A stretch of 64,000 nt of DNA from contig OZ240211.1 of NCBI GenBank assembly GCA_965197525.1, positions 1,568,001 to 1,632,000 on the forward strand. Direction: 5' to 3'. Below the pieces are notes generated by a model that saw only the letters and a list, made by a program, of their open reading frames with translations, was not told where the DNA came from and ran no database searches. Made by a program: the position numbers and the translations under genes. This DNA comes from Nitrosopumilus sp. GTDB lineage: Archaea > Thermoproteota > Nitrososphaeria > Nitrososphaerales > Nitrosopumilaceae. This document shows, piece by piece, positions 29,674-39,235 of this stretch. Each line of letters starts with the position of its first letter. Positions within the stretch are counted from its first letter, which is position 1.

Positions 29674-30624
29674 TTAAGGACAACTCCGACATTTGCCCTC
29701 TATAAATGGTCTTCTTTTAAGATCATCTTTGATCTTTTCTAATTCATTCTTAAAACAATCTAACTCTGTTGAGATATTATAGTATTCAGATCCATACTCG
29801 CTGTAGGATTTTTTCAATGAATCATCATTGATTATCTCTGTTACTAACTTCTTGTATTTCTCAAAATCTATCTCGCTATCAGACCCCATGTGAAAACCAT
29901 TAGGTTTCCACTTTGAATAAATTACTTTGTGTTCATTTGATTTATTATAATATAAAGATTTCAGAGCATGTTCAGAAAAACCATTAACATTTTTGAAATA
30001 ATCTATTATAAATTGTCGAATATTTGATATGTCGTAATATTTTAATTCAGTGACTCTATTTTCAAAGTCAGAAAAACACTCATCCATTTTTTCTTTTATC
30101 TTGTCTTCCAGAATTTCCGCAATACTGGTTTTGCTGTCGAGTTCGTCCAACATGGTTTTTACTTTTTCCCAGTGTTTGTAGATGTGCTTGTATTTATCCT
30201 TAAGATGCTCTATTGCAGAGTCATAATAGAGATAAGCAGATTCAGATTTCAACTGGTCTTCATATAATGTCTCAGGCAGTATGCCTTCCTCCAAGTCGTG
30301 ATAATAGTGGGGGCTATCTGGGTAGTATTCCTTTGGGAATTTGATAAAGTATTTCCACCGTTCTTCCCCTCTACCGTGATCAAGTTCAACAAGTGTAAGC
30401 ATTTTGTAGACTTCATTTATGGATTTTGTATGTTCTTTTTTCTCACTGCGTGGTACTTCATTTCCGAAAAAGAACTTCTTAAGAATTACTAGCAAAAATC
30501 CCACGCCCACAGTTCCAATAATTGGTGTAATTGACTTGCTTTCATCTGGTAATATTATAGGCAATAATAGAGCTACTGATATAACTAGGATTGCACTTAT
30601 GAACCAGATATACCTTCGTCGCAA
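29674..30624 (-). CDS. Membrane-anchored hypothetical protein
   Basis: 316 aa with two N-terminal hydrophobic helices. Confidence 0.75.
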   Translation of the reverse strand: MRRRYIWFISAILVISVALLLPIILPDESKSITPIIGTVGVGFLLVILKKFFFGNEVPRSEKKEHTKSINEVYKMLTLVELDHGRGEERWKYFIKFPKEYYPDSPHYYHDLEEGILPETLYEDQLKSESAYLYYDSAIEHLKDKYKHIYKHWEKVKTMLDELDSKTSIAEILEDKIKEKMDECFSDFENRVTELKYYDISNIRQFIIDYFKNVNGFSEHALKSLYYNKSNEHKVIYSKWKPNGFHMGSDSEIDFEKYKKLVTEIINDDSLKKSYSEYGSEYYNISTELDCFKNELEKIKDDLKRRPFIEGKCRSCP

Positions 30625-30718
30625 TTCTTAACCTGTTCGTCATTATTTTGTCAATATATAACCATTATAACATTCAATTTTATACCCCTATCACGACAAC
30701 TAAGCAGACACCAAATTT

Positions 30719-31081
30719 TTAACAGAATGTAAACGGGTGGCCTACCTTTCCACAGTTCATCTTATCAAGCCCCTGCACCATGAGCTCCTCGTTTATCTGA
30801 AGCATAAACAACTTGCCGCGATCTATGTATTTGCGGTTATCATACTGGAGTCTGCATTCGTTTGAACTGTAAGATTTTTTAGTACCATGCTTGCCTAGTT
30901 TGTCTGGAGAGGATGTGTTTTTGGTCATGATTGATAGTCTGATTGACAACGCACCTCTCTGTTCAATACAGTTTTCTATTGAAAGTGTTTGATACAACGT
31001 TCAAATTCAGTTGTTCTATGCCTAATCTGATCTGATTTTGGATTAGTTAGGCGTGGTTGATGATAATTAGGAAACAGAGTT
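30719..31081 (-). pseudogene. IS5-family remnant: left end plus transposase N-terminus
   Basis: End AACTCTGTTTCCTAA (31081-31067, minus strand), then YDNRKYIDRGKLF...KMNCGKVGHPFTF, resembling archaeal IS5-type N-termini; truncated. Confidence 0.55.
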
Positions 31082-31174
31082 CCGAAAAAGAACTTCTTAA
31101 GAATTACTAGCAAAAATCCCACGCCCACAGTTCCAATAATTGGTGTAATTGACTTGCTTTCATCTGGTAATATT
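31080..31174. repeat. Exact 95-bp copy of 30462-30556
   Basis: ttccgaaaaagaacttcttaag...catctggtaatatt in both places, offset 618. Confidence 0.92.
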
Positions 31175-31176
31175 GT

Positions 31177-31280
31177 AACTTGTAATAATTACATCCCTAA
31201 CTTTACAGTCTCACGCCAAATACCCTGTCACCTCCCTAACTTTACAGTCTCTTGAAAACTCCCGAATATTGAACAGAGTA
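31177..31280 (-). repeat. Right TIR with subterminal 19-bp motifs
   Basis: TCCCTAACTTTACAGTCTC at 31194-31212 and 31233-31251 (39-bp period); 31177-31193 is the reverse complement of 13675-13691. Confidence 0.9.
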
Positions 31281-31330
31281 TTATCTTCAACTCTGAATGC
31301 ATGTAAAAACATCCTCGTCGTAGTCTAGAT

Positions 31331-31448
31331 GATGGATCGACCCCTTGGGAAACATGTGCTTCGCGCACTTAACTTTGAATGGGGCAATCCGAGCTGCTGC
31401 GTTCCTGTGCCTCGCGCACTGATAGGTGATTGCAGCCTCCGATCCATC
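31331..31448 (+). ncRNA. Predicted bridge/seek RNA
   Basis: Closing stem GATGGATCG/CGATCCATC; two loops, each with a GTGC-YTCGC-GCAC hairpin; four guide segments match the element junctions. Confidence 0.8.
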
Positions 31449-31479
31449 AAAAACAATCCGCAAGGAGGTGATAAAAAGG

Positions 31480-32580
31480 ATGAGAAATATTGGAATAGAC
31501 ATTAGCAAGAGAAAATGCGTGGTATGTGTCATGGATGACAAGGAAAGAATACTAGAGGAGACTACATATGACAATACGCTAGAAGATGCAAAAGAGTTTG
31601 CAGGCAGGATGAAAAGAAAATACGGCAAGAGAAGGGGACAGTGCCGTGCGGCATGCGAGACTACAGGAAACATGTGGCTCAAGACATTTGAGGCATTTGA
31701 GGAACACGACATACCAATCCAGCTTGCCAACACCTACAAGATGAAGATAATATCAGATACTGACATCAAGACGGATCCCATCGATGCACGAAAGATTGCC
31801 AACATACTTCGTGTAGAGATGATTCCACGGTGTTATGTGGCGCCCCCAGTACTGCGTGATGCCAGAGAGCTGCTCAGGTACAGAATAAGCATGGTTCAGG
31901 CAAGGACTGCACTTATCAACTATACACACGGTCTGCTTGACAAGTACGATGTAAGACTGAACGTCTCAAACATGTACAGCAAAAAAGCCATCGGACTGCT
32001 CTCACATACAGAACTGAAAAGACCAAACGACAACCTGATACTAAAAAACTGTGCCAAAAGAATTGCACATGTCACAGAAGAGATAACAAATGTCGAAACA
32101 GAGATAGACAAACAAGCAGCAGTAAACGATGATGCAAGATTGCTTATGAGCATGACAGGACTGGATGTATTTGCATCAATGCTTGTCGTATCAGAGATTG
32201 GGGACATATCAAGATTCAAAACCCCGGAACACTTGGTCTCATGGGCAGGCATGTGTCCCACCGTCTACCAATCAGGTGATGTAACACATCATGGCCGCAT
32301 GAAAAAGGCAGCAAACAGAAGAATAAACTGGATACTTATTCAAGTAGCAAACGTGGCAGTAAGATACGATGACAAGTTAAAAGAGTTCTATGAGAGATGC
32401 AAAAAAAGACATGGCGGCAAACATGCGATTGCCGTAACACATGTGGCAAACAAGATGATACGAATCATTTGGGCCATACTGACACTCAGGGAACCGTACA
32501 AGTCACACAATGTACAAAGATATGGCAGAAAGATAAAGAGAATGAACAGTGTTCGACAGTCTATGCAGGGTACGGAATAG
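31480..32580 (+). CDS. IS110-family recombinase
   Basis: DEDD residues in GIDISK, ACET and KTDPID; C-terminal VYQSG serine; SD-like AGGAGGTG upstream of ATG 31480. Confidence 0.93.
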   Translation: MRNIGIDISKRKCVVCVMDDKERILEETTYDNTLEDAKEFAGRMKRKYGKRRGQCRAACETTGNMWLKTFEAFEEHDIPIQLANTYKMKIISDTDIKTDPIDARKIANILRVEMIPRCYVAPPVLRDARELLRYRISMVQARTALINYTHGLLDKYDVRLNVSNMYSKKAIGLLSHTELKRPNDNLILKNCAKRIAHVTEEITNVETEIDKQAAVNDDARLLMSMTGLDVFASMLVVSEIGDISRFKTPEHLVSWAGMCPTVYQSGDVTHHGRMKKAANRRINWILIQVANVAVRYDDKLKEFYERCKKRHGGKHAIAVTHVANKMIRIIWAILTLREPYKSHNVQRYGRKIKRMNSVRQSMQGTE

Positions 32581-32958
32581 CCAGTCAGTCACACATCTGT
32601 TGCAGTTTTTTTCCTAGCGATAGCTTTAAAAATATACACGTGTATTGTAGGCGTGGATCGAAGGCCAAATGGAAACCACGCGTGGCTGTGCCCGGATGTT
32701 TTAACATAGGCGTTTCCCAATTTCGATAAACGCATCTGAATTGCCATAAAGAACACGATTATCGTGTGGCTTGACACTGTTTACGGACTAAATTAATCGT
32801 AAAAGTACGAATTGTTTGAATTGAGAAACAAAGTTCAGCAATACAGACAGTTATATACACCCTATTTTATTCTAATATTGTAGTCAAGCATGATATTGAA
32901 TGATAACATTAAACATTGTATAATAAAGACGGTAAACACACTAAACAAGTCGCCGCAC

Positions 32959-35900
32959 ATGTCATTGTGTGGGGGGGGGGGGCGAGCGAGCAGAAATACG
33001 ATCCTGTTGGCTTCAACTATTTTATTATGTGTGGTTATGATAGGCATCTCTCCTGCAGCGTATGGAACCCTATCTGATCCTGTACCAGTGTCATCATTTG
33101 AAGATGGTGATACTGTCAACGGCAAGACGTTTGACGAACTTTTAGGAGCACGTGGTCTTACTACCATCGAGATCGATTCCAAGATATATGCACTGGTTAC
33201 ATCGGGTGTAGACTTTGGCGTTCAAATTATAGATATATCAGACCCTGCAAATCCAGCACCGGTGTCATCCTTTGATAATGGTGATACTGTAAACGGTAAG
33301 ACGTATGATGAGCTTGACGCTCCCAGACAAATAGCCTCAGTCAAGATCGGCTCAGGTACGTATGCACTTGTAGCAAATAATATGGACGGCGTTCAAATTA
33401 TAGACATAACCGATCCTGCAAATCCTGAACCTGTAACATCCTTTGATGATGGTGATACTGTAAACGGTAAGACGTTTGATGAGCTTAACGGGGCATACGG
33501 CATCACTACAATCAAGATCGGTTCCAGTACATACGCACTGGTAACGGCAGTTGATGATAATGGCGTTCAAATTATAGATATATCAGACCCTGCAAATCCA
33601 GCACCTGTATCATCCTTTGATGACGGAGATACTGTAAACGGTAAGACGTATGATGAGCTTGAAGACCCATACGACATCACTACAGTCAAGATCGGTTCCA
33701 AGACGTATGCACTGGTAGCGGCGCATGGCGACGACGGCGTTCAAATTATAGATATATCAGACCCTGCAAATCCAGCACCTGTATCATCCTTTGATGATGG
33801 TGATACTGTAGGTACTAAGACGTTTGATGAGCTTGCCGGGGCATACGGCATCACTACAGTCAAGATCGGTTCCAAGACGTATGCACTGGTAGCGACAGCT
33901 ACAGACGACGGCGTTCAAATTATAGATATATCAGACCCTGCAAATCCAGCACCTGTATCATCCTTTGATGACGGAGATAGTGTCATAGTCGGAAGTTTCG
34001 AGAGGCCATTTAGAGAGCTTGAATCGGGGTTTGGAATTACAACCTTGAAGTTTGGTCAGGGAGTGTATGCACTTGTGGCAGCACATGTAGACGACGGAGT
34101 TCAGATTATAGACATAACAAACCCTGCAAATCCAGTACCGGTGTCATCCGTTGACGACTTTGGCATTAATGGAGAACTTGATGGGGCATACACCGTCACT
34201 ACAGTCAAGATAGACTCCAAAGTGTATGCACTGGTGACGGGGTTTAATGATGCCGGAGTTCAAATAATTGATTTAGGAGAGGAACCGCCAGAGGGCCATC
34301 CTCTATTATCACCTAAACCTGTAACATCCTTTGATGACGGGGATTATGTAGGCAATAAGCAGTTTAAAGAACTCAATGGTGCACGTGGCATCACTACCAT
34401 CGAGATCGGCTCCAAGGTGTATGCACTGGTAGCAGCAGCCGTTGATAACGGCGTTCAGATTATAGATGTAACGAATCCTACAAATCCAGTACCGGTGTCA
34501 TCCGTTAATGACGGAAATACTAGAGGAGGCGTACAGTTACAAGAACTTAAGGGGGCGAATGGCATTACCACAATCGAGATCGCATCCAAGATATATGCAC
34601 TGGTAACGGCAGGTGGTGATAACGGCGTTCAGATTATAGACATAACAAACCCTGCCAGCATAAAAGGTGTGTCATCCTTTGATGACGGAGATACTGTAGG
34701 TACTGAGACGTTTGATGAGCTTACTACTCCCAGGAACATCGATGTCTTTAAGCTCGGCTTCAAGCTGTATGCCATTGTAGCATCATCTGGTGATAACGGC
34801 GTTCAAATTATAGACATAAGTAGTCCTCAAAACCCACTACCTGTATCATCCTTTGATGACGGAGATGCTGTAGGTACTGAGACGTTTAGTGAGCTTTTAC
34901 AAGCATTTGACGTCACTACAATCGAGATAGACTCTACTATGTATGCCTTGGTAGCAGCATTTGCCGACGACGGCGTTCAAATTATAAACATAACCGATCC
35001 TGCAAATCCTGCACCGGTGTCAGACTTTGATGATGGTGATATAGTTAGAGTTGGCTCTTTAGATCTAACATTTGACGAACTTGACGGGGCATACAGTATT
35101 ACTACCGTCACTATTGACTCCAAGGTGTATGCACTGGTAGTAGCACGTAATGACAACGGAGTTCAAATAGTAGACATATCCGATCCTGAAAATCCTGCAC
35201 CAGTATCATCATTTGATCACGGTGATACTGTAAACGGTAAAGTGTATGACGGGCTTAATAGGCCAACTAGTATTACCACATTGACGTTTGAGGGAGGAGT
35301 GTATGCGTTGGTAACGGCAATTAATAGCGACGGAGTTCAAATAGTAGACATATCCGATCCTGCAAATCCTGCACCAGTGTCATCCTTTGCTGATAGTGAT
35401 ATTGTCAACGGCAAGACGTTTGATAATCTTGGAGATCCATACGACATCACTACCGTCATGATCGGCTCCAAAGTGTATGCACTGGTAGCAGCACATTATA
35501 GCGACGGAGTTCAAATAATTGATCTTGGAGGGCCAAAGGTAGAGGTCCAGGGCAAGATCGCAGACAAAGGCGACACTTACAGTAGTGTGTGTAAGGCAGT
35601 CATCAAGGACATAAACCCAGATGTCAAGTGGAGTGCAGTTATTTCTGTGCATGGTTTTACGCCAGGGGAGTTTATCCGTGACACAATCACACTTGCAGCA
35701 GACGAATCATATGCAGAATCACCTAGTCCAAACTACCATTTTGTAATCAAAAAGTCCGATGCTTATGATGGTAGTGTCACGGTGCAATTCGTGGAAAGGG
35801 GTATCAATCCGTCCCACAGTGGTACATGTACGATTGACATAATGTCCTATGATGCATTGTTCGTAGAGAGGATCCCCGTCCCAGTGATCACACTTGACGA

Positions 35901-36312
35901 AGACGAAGGATCACCTAGGTTCGTTGCACGGTCAGTAGAGGGTATAGATAATACCAGTGCCGTATGTTTGGCCAGAGTAAATAACATAGACAGTTCTTTG
36001 GGTTGGTTTATAGACATTAGTCTGAGGGATCAGAATAACGATGTAATTGTTCAGACCCTGTCAGGTGTCGGGCCGCCAACAGTCAATTATTGGGTATCAG
36101 AAGATGTAACAGAGGATGGCATCATACAGGGTAAGAACTCTATGTATATGGGCAGGCAGAATTTTGTAATCGCAAAGTTGGTTTACTATGATGCAGACCC
36201 TGACAGGAATTATCAGTGCTTGTATGACGTGGGAGTGGATAGGAGAACATCAACAGGTGGGGCAGTAACCATAGACAATGTTGTCAGTGCTTTCGGCTAT
36301 ATCAGAAACTGA
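32959..36312 (+). CDS. Large surface protein with 14 LVIVD-like repeats (2 x 7-blade beta-propeller) and a C-terminal unique region
   Basis: 14 copies of YALV...GVQI(I/V)(D/N); repeats 7 and 14 end in IIDLG; probable start ATG 32959 followed by a signal peptide. Confidence 0.88.
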   Translation: MSLCGGGGRASRNTILLASTILLCVVMIGISPAAYGTLSDPVPVSSFEDGDTVNGKTFDELLGARGLTTIEIDSKIYALVTSGVDFGVQIIDISDPANPAPVSSFDNGDTVNGKTYDELDAPRQIASVKIGSGTYALVANNMDGVQIIDITDPANPEPVTSFDDGDTVNGKTFDELNGAYGITTIKIGSSTYALVTAVDDNGVQIIDISDPANPAPVSSFDDGDTVNGKTYDELEDPYDITTVKIGSKTYALVAAHGDDGVQIIDISDPANPAPVSSFDDGDTVGTKTFDELAGAYGITTVKIGSKTYALVATATDDGVQIIDISDPANPAPVSSFDDGDSVIVGSFERPFRELESGFGITTLKFGQGVYALVAAHVDDGVQIIDITNPANPVPVSSVDDFGINGELDGAYTVTTVKIDSKVYALVTGFNDAGVQIIDLGEEPPEGHPLLSPKPVTSFDDGDYVGNKQFKELNGARGITTIEIGSKVYALVAAAVDNGVQIIDVTNPTNPVPVSSVNDGNTRGGVQLQELKGANGITTIEIASKIYALVTAGGDNGVQIIDITNPASIKGVSSFDDGDTVGTETFDELTTPRNIDVFKLGFKLYAIVASSGDNGVQIIDISSPQNPLPVSSFDDGDAVGTETFSELLQAFDVTTIEIDSTMYALVAAFADDGVQIINITDPANPAPVSDFDDGDIVRVGSLDLTFDELDGAYSITTVTIDSKVYALVVARNDNGVQIVDISDPENPAPVSSFDHGDTVNGKVYDGLNRPTSITTLTFEGGVYALVTAINSDGVQIVDISDPANPAPVSSFADSDIVNGKTFDNLGDPYDITTVMIGSKVYALVAAHYSDGVQIIDLGGPKVEVQGKIADKGDTYSSVCKAVIKDINPDVKWSAVISVHGFTPGEFIRDTITLAADESYAESPSPNYHFVIKKSDAYDGSVTVQFVERGINPSHSGTCTIDIMSYDALFVERIPVPVITLDEDEGSPRFVARSVEGIDNTSAVCLARVNNIDSSLGWFIDISLRDQNNDVIVQTLSGVGPPTVNYWVSEDVTEDGIIQGKNSMYMGRQNFVIAKLVYYDADPDRNYQCLYDVGVDRRTSTGGAVTIDNVVSAFGYIRN
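32971..32982 (+). repeat. G12 homopolymer in the 5' coding region
   Basis: Twelve consecutive G encoding GGGG, four codons after the probable start. Confidence 0.85.
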
Positions 36313-36403
36313 CATCTTGTAATGTGTAACAATGGATATCTAGGGAATTATATAGTCAAGTAAGGTACCACTTTTTGCATACTTTTCCGTATGATTCTAT
36401 CCC

Positions 36404-37518
36404 TCATTTATTCCCACCCTCCAATTTTAGGACGAATTCATTGGGAGTGAGATATCCCAATGCGGAGTGAATCCTGTCCTTGTTGTAATCTACAAATGCT
36501 TTTGCTAAAACGACCTCTGCGTCTTGGAGGCGTGCAAACTCGTGCGGCCAGACATATTCCCTCTTGAGTGTTTCATGGAAAGACTCCACATGTCCGTTTT
36601 GCTCTGGAGTATTCTTCCAGATAAACTCGTGTCTTATTCCCAGTGTCTGCATGGATTTCTTGAACTCACGACTGCTGCTGTACTGCGTATCGTTGTCAGT
36701 TCTAAGCCTTAGATGTGAGATATCTTTTACAGACAATACTGCCTTTAGCACAGATTGAACGGTTGTGTGTGCCGTAGCTGCAGCATCAAAGATGTATGAT
36801 ATCCATTCCCTGGTAAACACATCTATGACGTTAAAGCAGTAACACCATCAGTCCATGCCAATGGATGTATGTCATGTCTGTCTCCCAAAGCTGGTTGGGT
36901 GCGTCAGGCTTGAACTTTCTGCGTCTTGATGTACGAATTATGCCGTTTTTGCTATTTTGAGGCTTATTCCGGCCTATTTTTCTATATATGCGCTGTATTT
37001 TTTTACGATTTGTAGGAATGTTCGTCTCTCTTGCAACCTGTGCTGTCATGCGTCTGGTTTCGTACGTGGGCCGCTTGGAGGACATCTTTTTTACCTTGTC
37101 TGTGACCTCTGCATTTATCAGAACATCTCTTGGTTTTTTAGTATAATACCAAGCATGTTTGGACATCCAGCAATACTGCAAGGCTTTGTTCAGACTCATT
37201 TCTTTGCTTGTTTCACGTACTGCCTGTATCCTCATCGATTTGTCCCATCCAAAGTTTTTTTTAAAACGTCGTTGGCTATGGTGATCTCACCTATTATACG
37301 CTTGAGATTCTCTCTACCTCCTTTGTATGATTTTTGGTCTTGTCTTCTTTGTTTAGGAGGAAGGCCTCCTTGCCTCCCTGCAGAAACTTGTCTTTCCAAT
37401 CTTGGAATGTAGTTGGAGATATGTTGTGTTTGCGACACAATTCGGCAGCAGATATACTGGTATTGATAAATTCCATTACTATTATTGCCTTGTCTTGGGG
37501 GTTATGCTTCTTGTTCAT
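36404..37518 (-). pseudogene. IS3-family transposase, frameshifted
   Basis: OrfA HTH (ISAAELCRKHNISPTTFQDWK) and rve motifs WETDMTY, LRTDN, NGHVESFHETLKRE split across four frames. Confidence 0.85.
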
Positions 37519-37765
37519 ACACTTCCTCTAACCTCCTGCTCCAAAAAGTATACGGATTTGATCGGTTTCATTATAGAGGGGTCTGCACCAGATTCCTTTA
37601 AAAAAATTGGATCTGTCCGGTTCTAACCTTCTGAAAGAGCCAAAATTAACCATCCGGTTCTAATCGTCCTGTATAGCAAAGGCTATACAAAATTATACAC
37701 TGTTCAATCTTAATGTCATTTGTCTGCTTTTCTACACTGTTCATTTAGGCGGATGGACCGTAAAG

Positions 37766-37990
37766 TTAGGGTGATGAGGGTTTGCATCGTTTACAATCAC
37801 GGTATTTCATAGAATGTTCTCTAGCTAATCTTTGAGCTATGTTTGTAGCGGTTTGAAGGGTTGGTGCAGTATGCCAATCTGAATTTTCAGCTAAAGGTTT
37901 TCTACATGTATAGTAATGACACTCTATATCATGAATCTTGATATCTGAGGCTTTTGGGATGTTGTGATAAATTGCAAATCTATCTATCAT
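37766..37990 (-). CDS. Small Cys/His hypothetical protein
   Basis: 74 aa; IHDIECH...DCKRC. Confidence 0.5.
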   Translation of the reverse strand: MIDRFAIYHNIPKASDIKIHDIECHYYTCRKPLAENSDWHTAPTLQTATNIAQRLAREHSMKYRDCKRCKPSSP

Positions 37991-38025
37991 AAAATTATGA
38001 TGTTGAACTTGTTAAAAAATTAAGC

Positions 38026-38860
38026 GACTAGCTTCAACCAGCAACTATCTTTTCCGTTTGACGGCCAGCTAAACCCATGAAGTCTGGGAATGTCGTTTAT
38101 CTCACGCCAGACATGATGTCTCATGTCAATCCAATTTTTAGGACCATAATGGTTACATTGATGGAATAGAAAGGCAGACCCATCATGCGGATGGCTATAG
38201 CCATCATTACAGAATGGGAGGATGCCAAAAAGGGCGTCTAGGCGTGATTCGTGGTTCGATGTAAAGGGTAAAGTTACCCCGGGACGGGCGCAACAGATCA
38301 AAAAGGTTCCTGACGGCACAGGATGCGTGATGCTTGATGAGGATATGACGTCAGGTGGCAGGAGAGGAATCCCAAGGAGTTTGAAGATGCGTACCACCAG
38401 CGTAGTATAGTGGAATCGGTGTTCTCTTCATTCAAGCACTGGTTTACTGCGGTTGTTCGTGCAAAGAAGATGGCAACGCAGAGACTGCAGCTGCTCTCCG
38501 GTGCATCTGTTACAACCTGCTGTCATAGTGGAACGACGTAAAAAACACGTGGTGTGTCTAGCGTATGCTGTACAACCATGCAACGTTTTGGTAGATACAC
38601 CTCATCATATCCTGCTGCTAGAAAATTATACAGGGAATCAAAAGCAATAAAGTCAGATTGACATCTAATAGGTTTGAAAAAATAAGATTTGGACAACGCC
38701 GACTAGCTTCAACCAGCAACTATCTTTTCCGTTTGACGGCCAGCTAAACCCATGAAGTCTGGGAATGTCGTTTATCTCACGCCAGACTGATTTGTCAATC
38801 CAATTTTTAGGAGTTACATTGATGGAATCACCCTCATTGGCTATAGTTACTTTCTTGATT
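38026..38860 (-). pseudogene. Two copies of an IS6-like transposase C-terminal tail flanking an IS5/IS4-type remnant
   Basis: About 87-bp direct repeat (38026-38112 and about 38700-38786) encoding VWREINDIPRLHGFSWPSNGKDSCWLKLV, homologous to the C-terminus of the 28215 transposase; plus-strand YHQRSIVESVFSSFK at about 38390-38435. Confidence 0.75.
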
Positions 38861-38861
38861 T

Positions 38862-38919
38862 GGTTCTGTAAAGTTAACAGGTGTTGGAAGGTCAGAGTAC
38901 TCGATGGGTTAACAGAATC
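38862..38919. mobile_element. 58-bp MITE-like element (copy 2)
   Basis: GGTTCTGTAAAGTTAACAGGTGTTGGAAGGTCAGAGTACTCGATGGGTTAACAGAATC; sits where the IS6 tail fragment breaks off. Confidence 0.75.
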
Positions 38920-39235
38920 GTTATTTACAGTTAATTACGGTTTTTCTGTAAATAACTCACAAGGACGTGGTGGAGAACCATCATCCATCTCTGGCTTGAT
39001 TTTATTTAATGCATCCTTTGCCTCTTGTGGTAGTTTTTCGTATTTGAATATGCCGAACTACAGACCTTGAAGAAGCTGGGGTGCAGTAAGTGTTTTGTTC
39101 GTACAATGTGGGGCAAACGTGTTGTTGAATGTTTGAGGATTATTTGTACTCATACAAATATTATCTCACAAGTTCTTTATACGTCTTTTTTACTGTGCTG
39201 GACCAGCTGCATCGTTATATTTACTGTTGCAGGAT

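Larger units (their letters stand above)
13627..31280. mobile_element. 17,654-bp cargo transposon-like element with 48-bp TIRs and 8-bp target-site duplication
   Basis: Left 13627-13674 TACTCTGTTCAATATTAGGGAGTTTTCAAGAGACTGTAAAGTTAGGGA equals the reverse complement of 31233-31280 at 47/48 positions; TTATCTTC lies directly outside both ends (13619-13626, 31281-31288). Confidence 0.88.
31295..32712 (+). mobile_element. IS110/IS1111-family element (about 1.42 kb) with subterminal inverted repeats
   Basis: ATGTAAAAACATCC (31301-31314) and GGATGTTTTAACAT (32694-32707), 13/14 inverted match; no TSD; a single G is shared at both junctions. Confidence 0.85.

Noticed and set aside
13627-31280. Tn7/CAST, casposon or provirus
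   Set aside because: No TGT...ACA ends, 5-bp TSD, TnsABC/TniQ, Cas1, PolB, capsid or packaging genes
31369-31377. Bridge RNA guide targeting the TAAAGTTAA in the 58-bp elements
   Set aside because: Only the right guide would match; the left guide does not, and the actual flanks explain both
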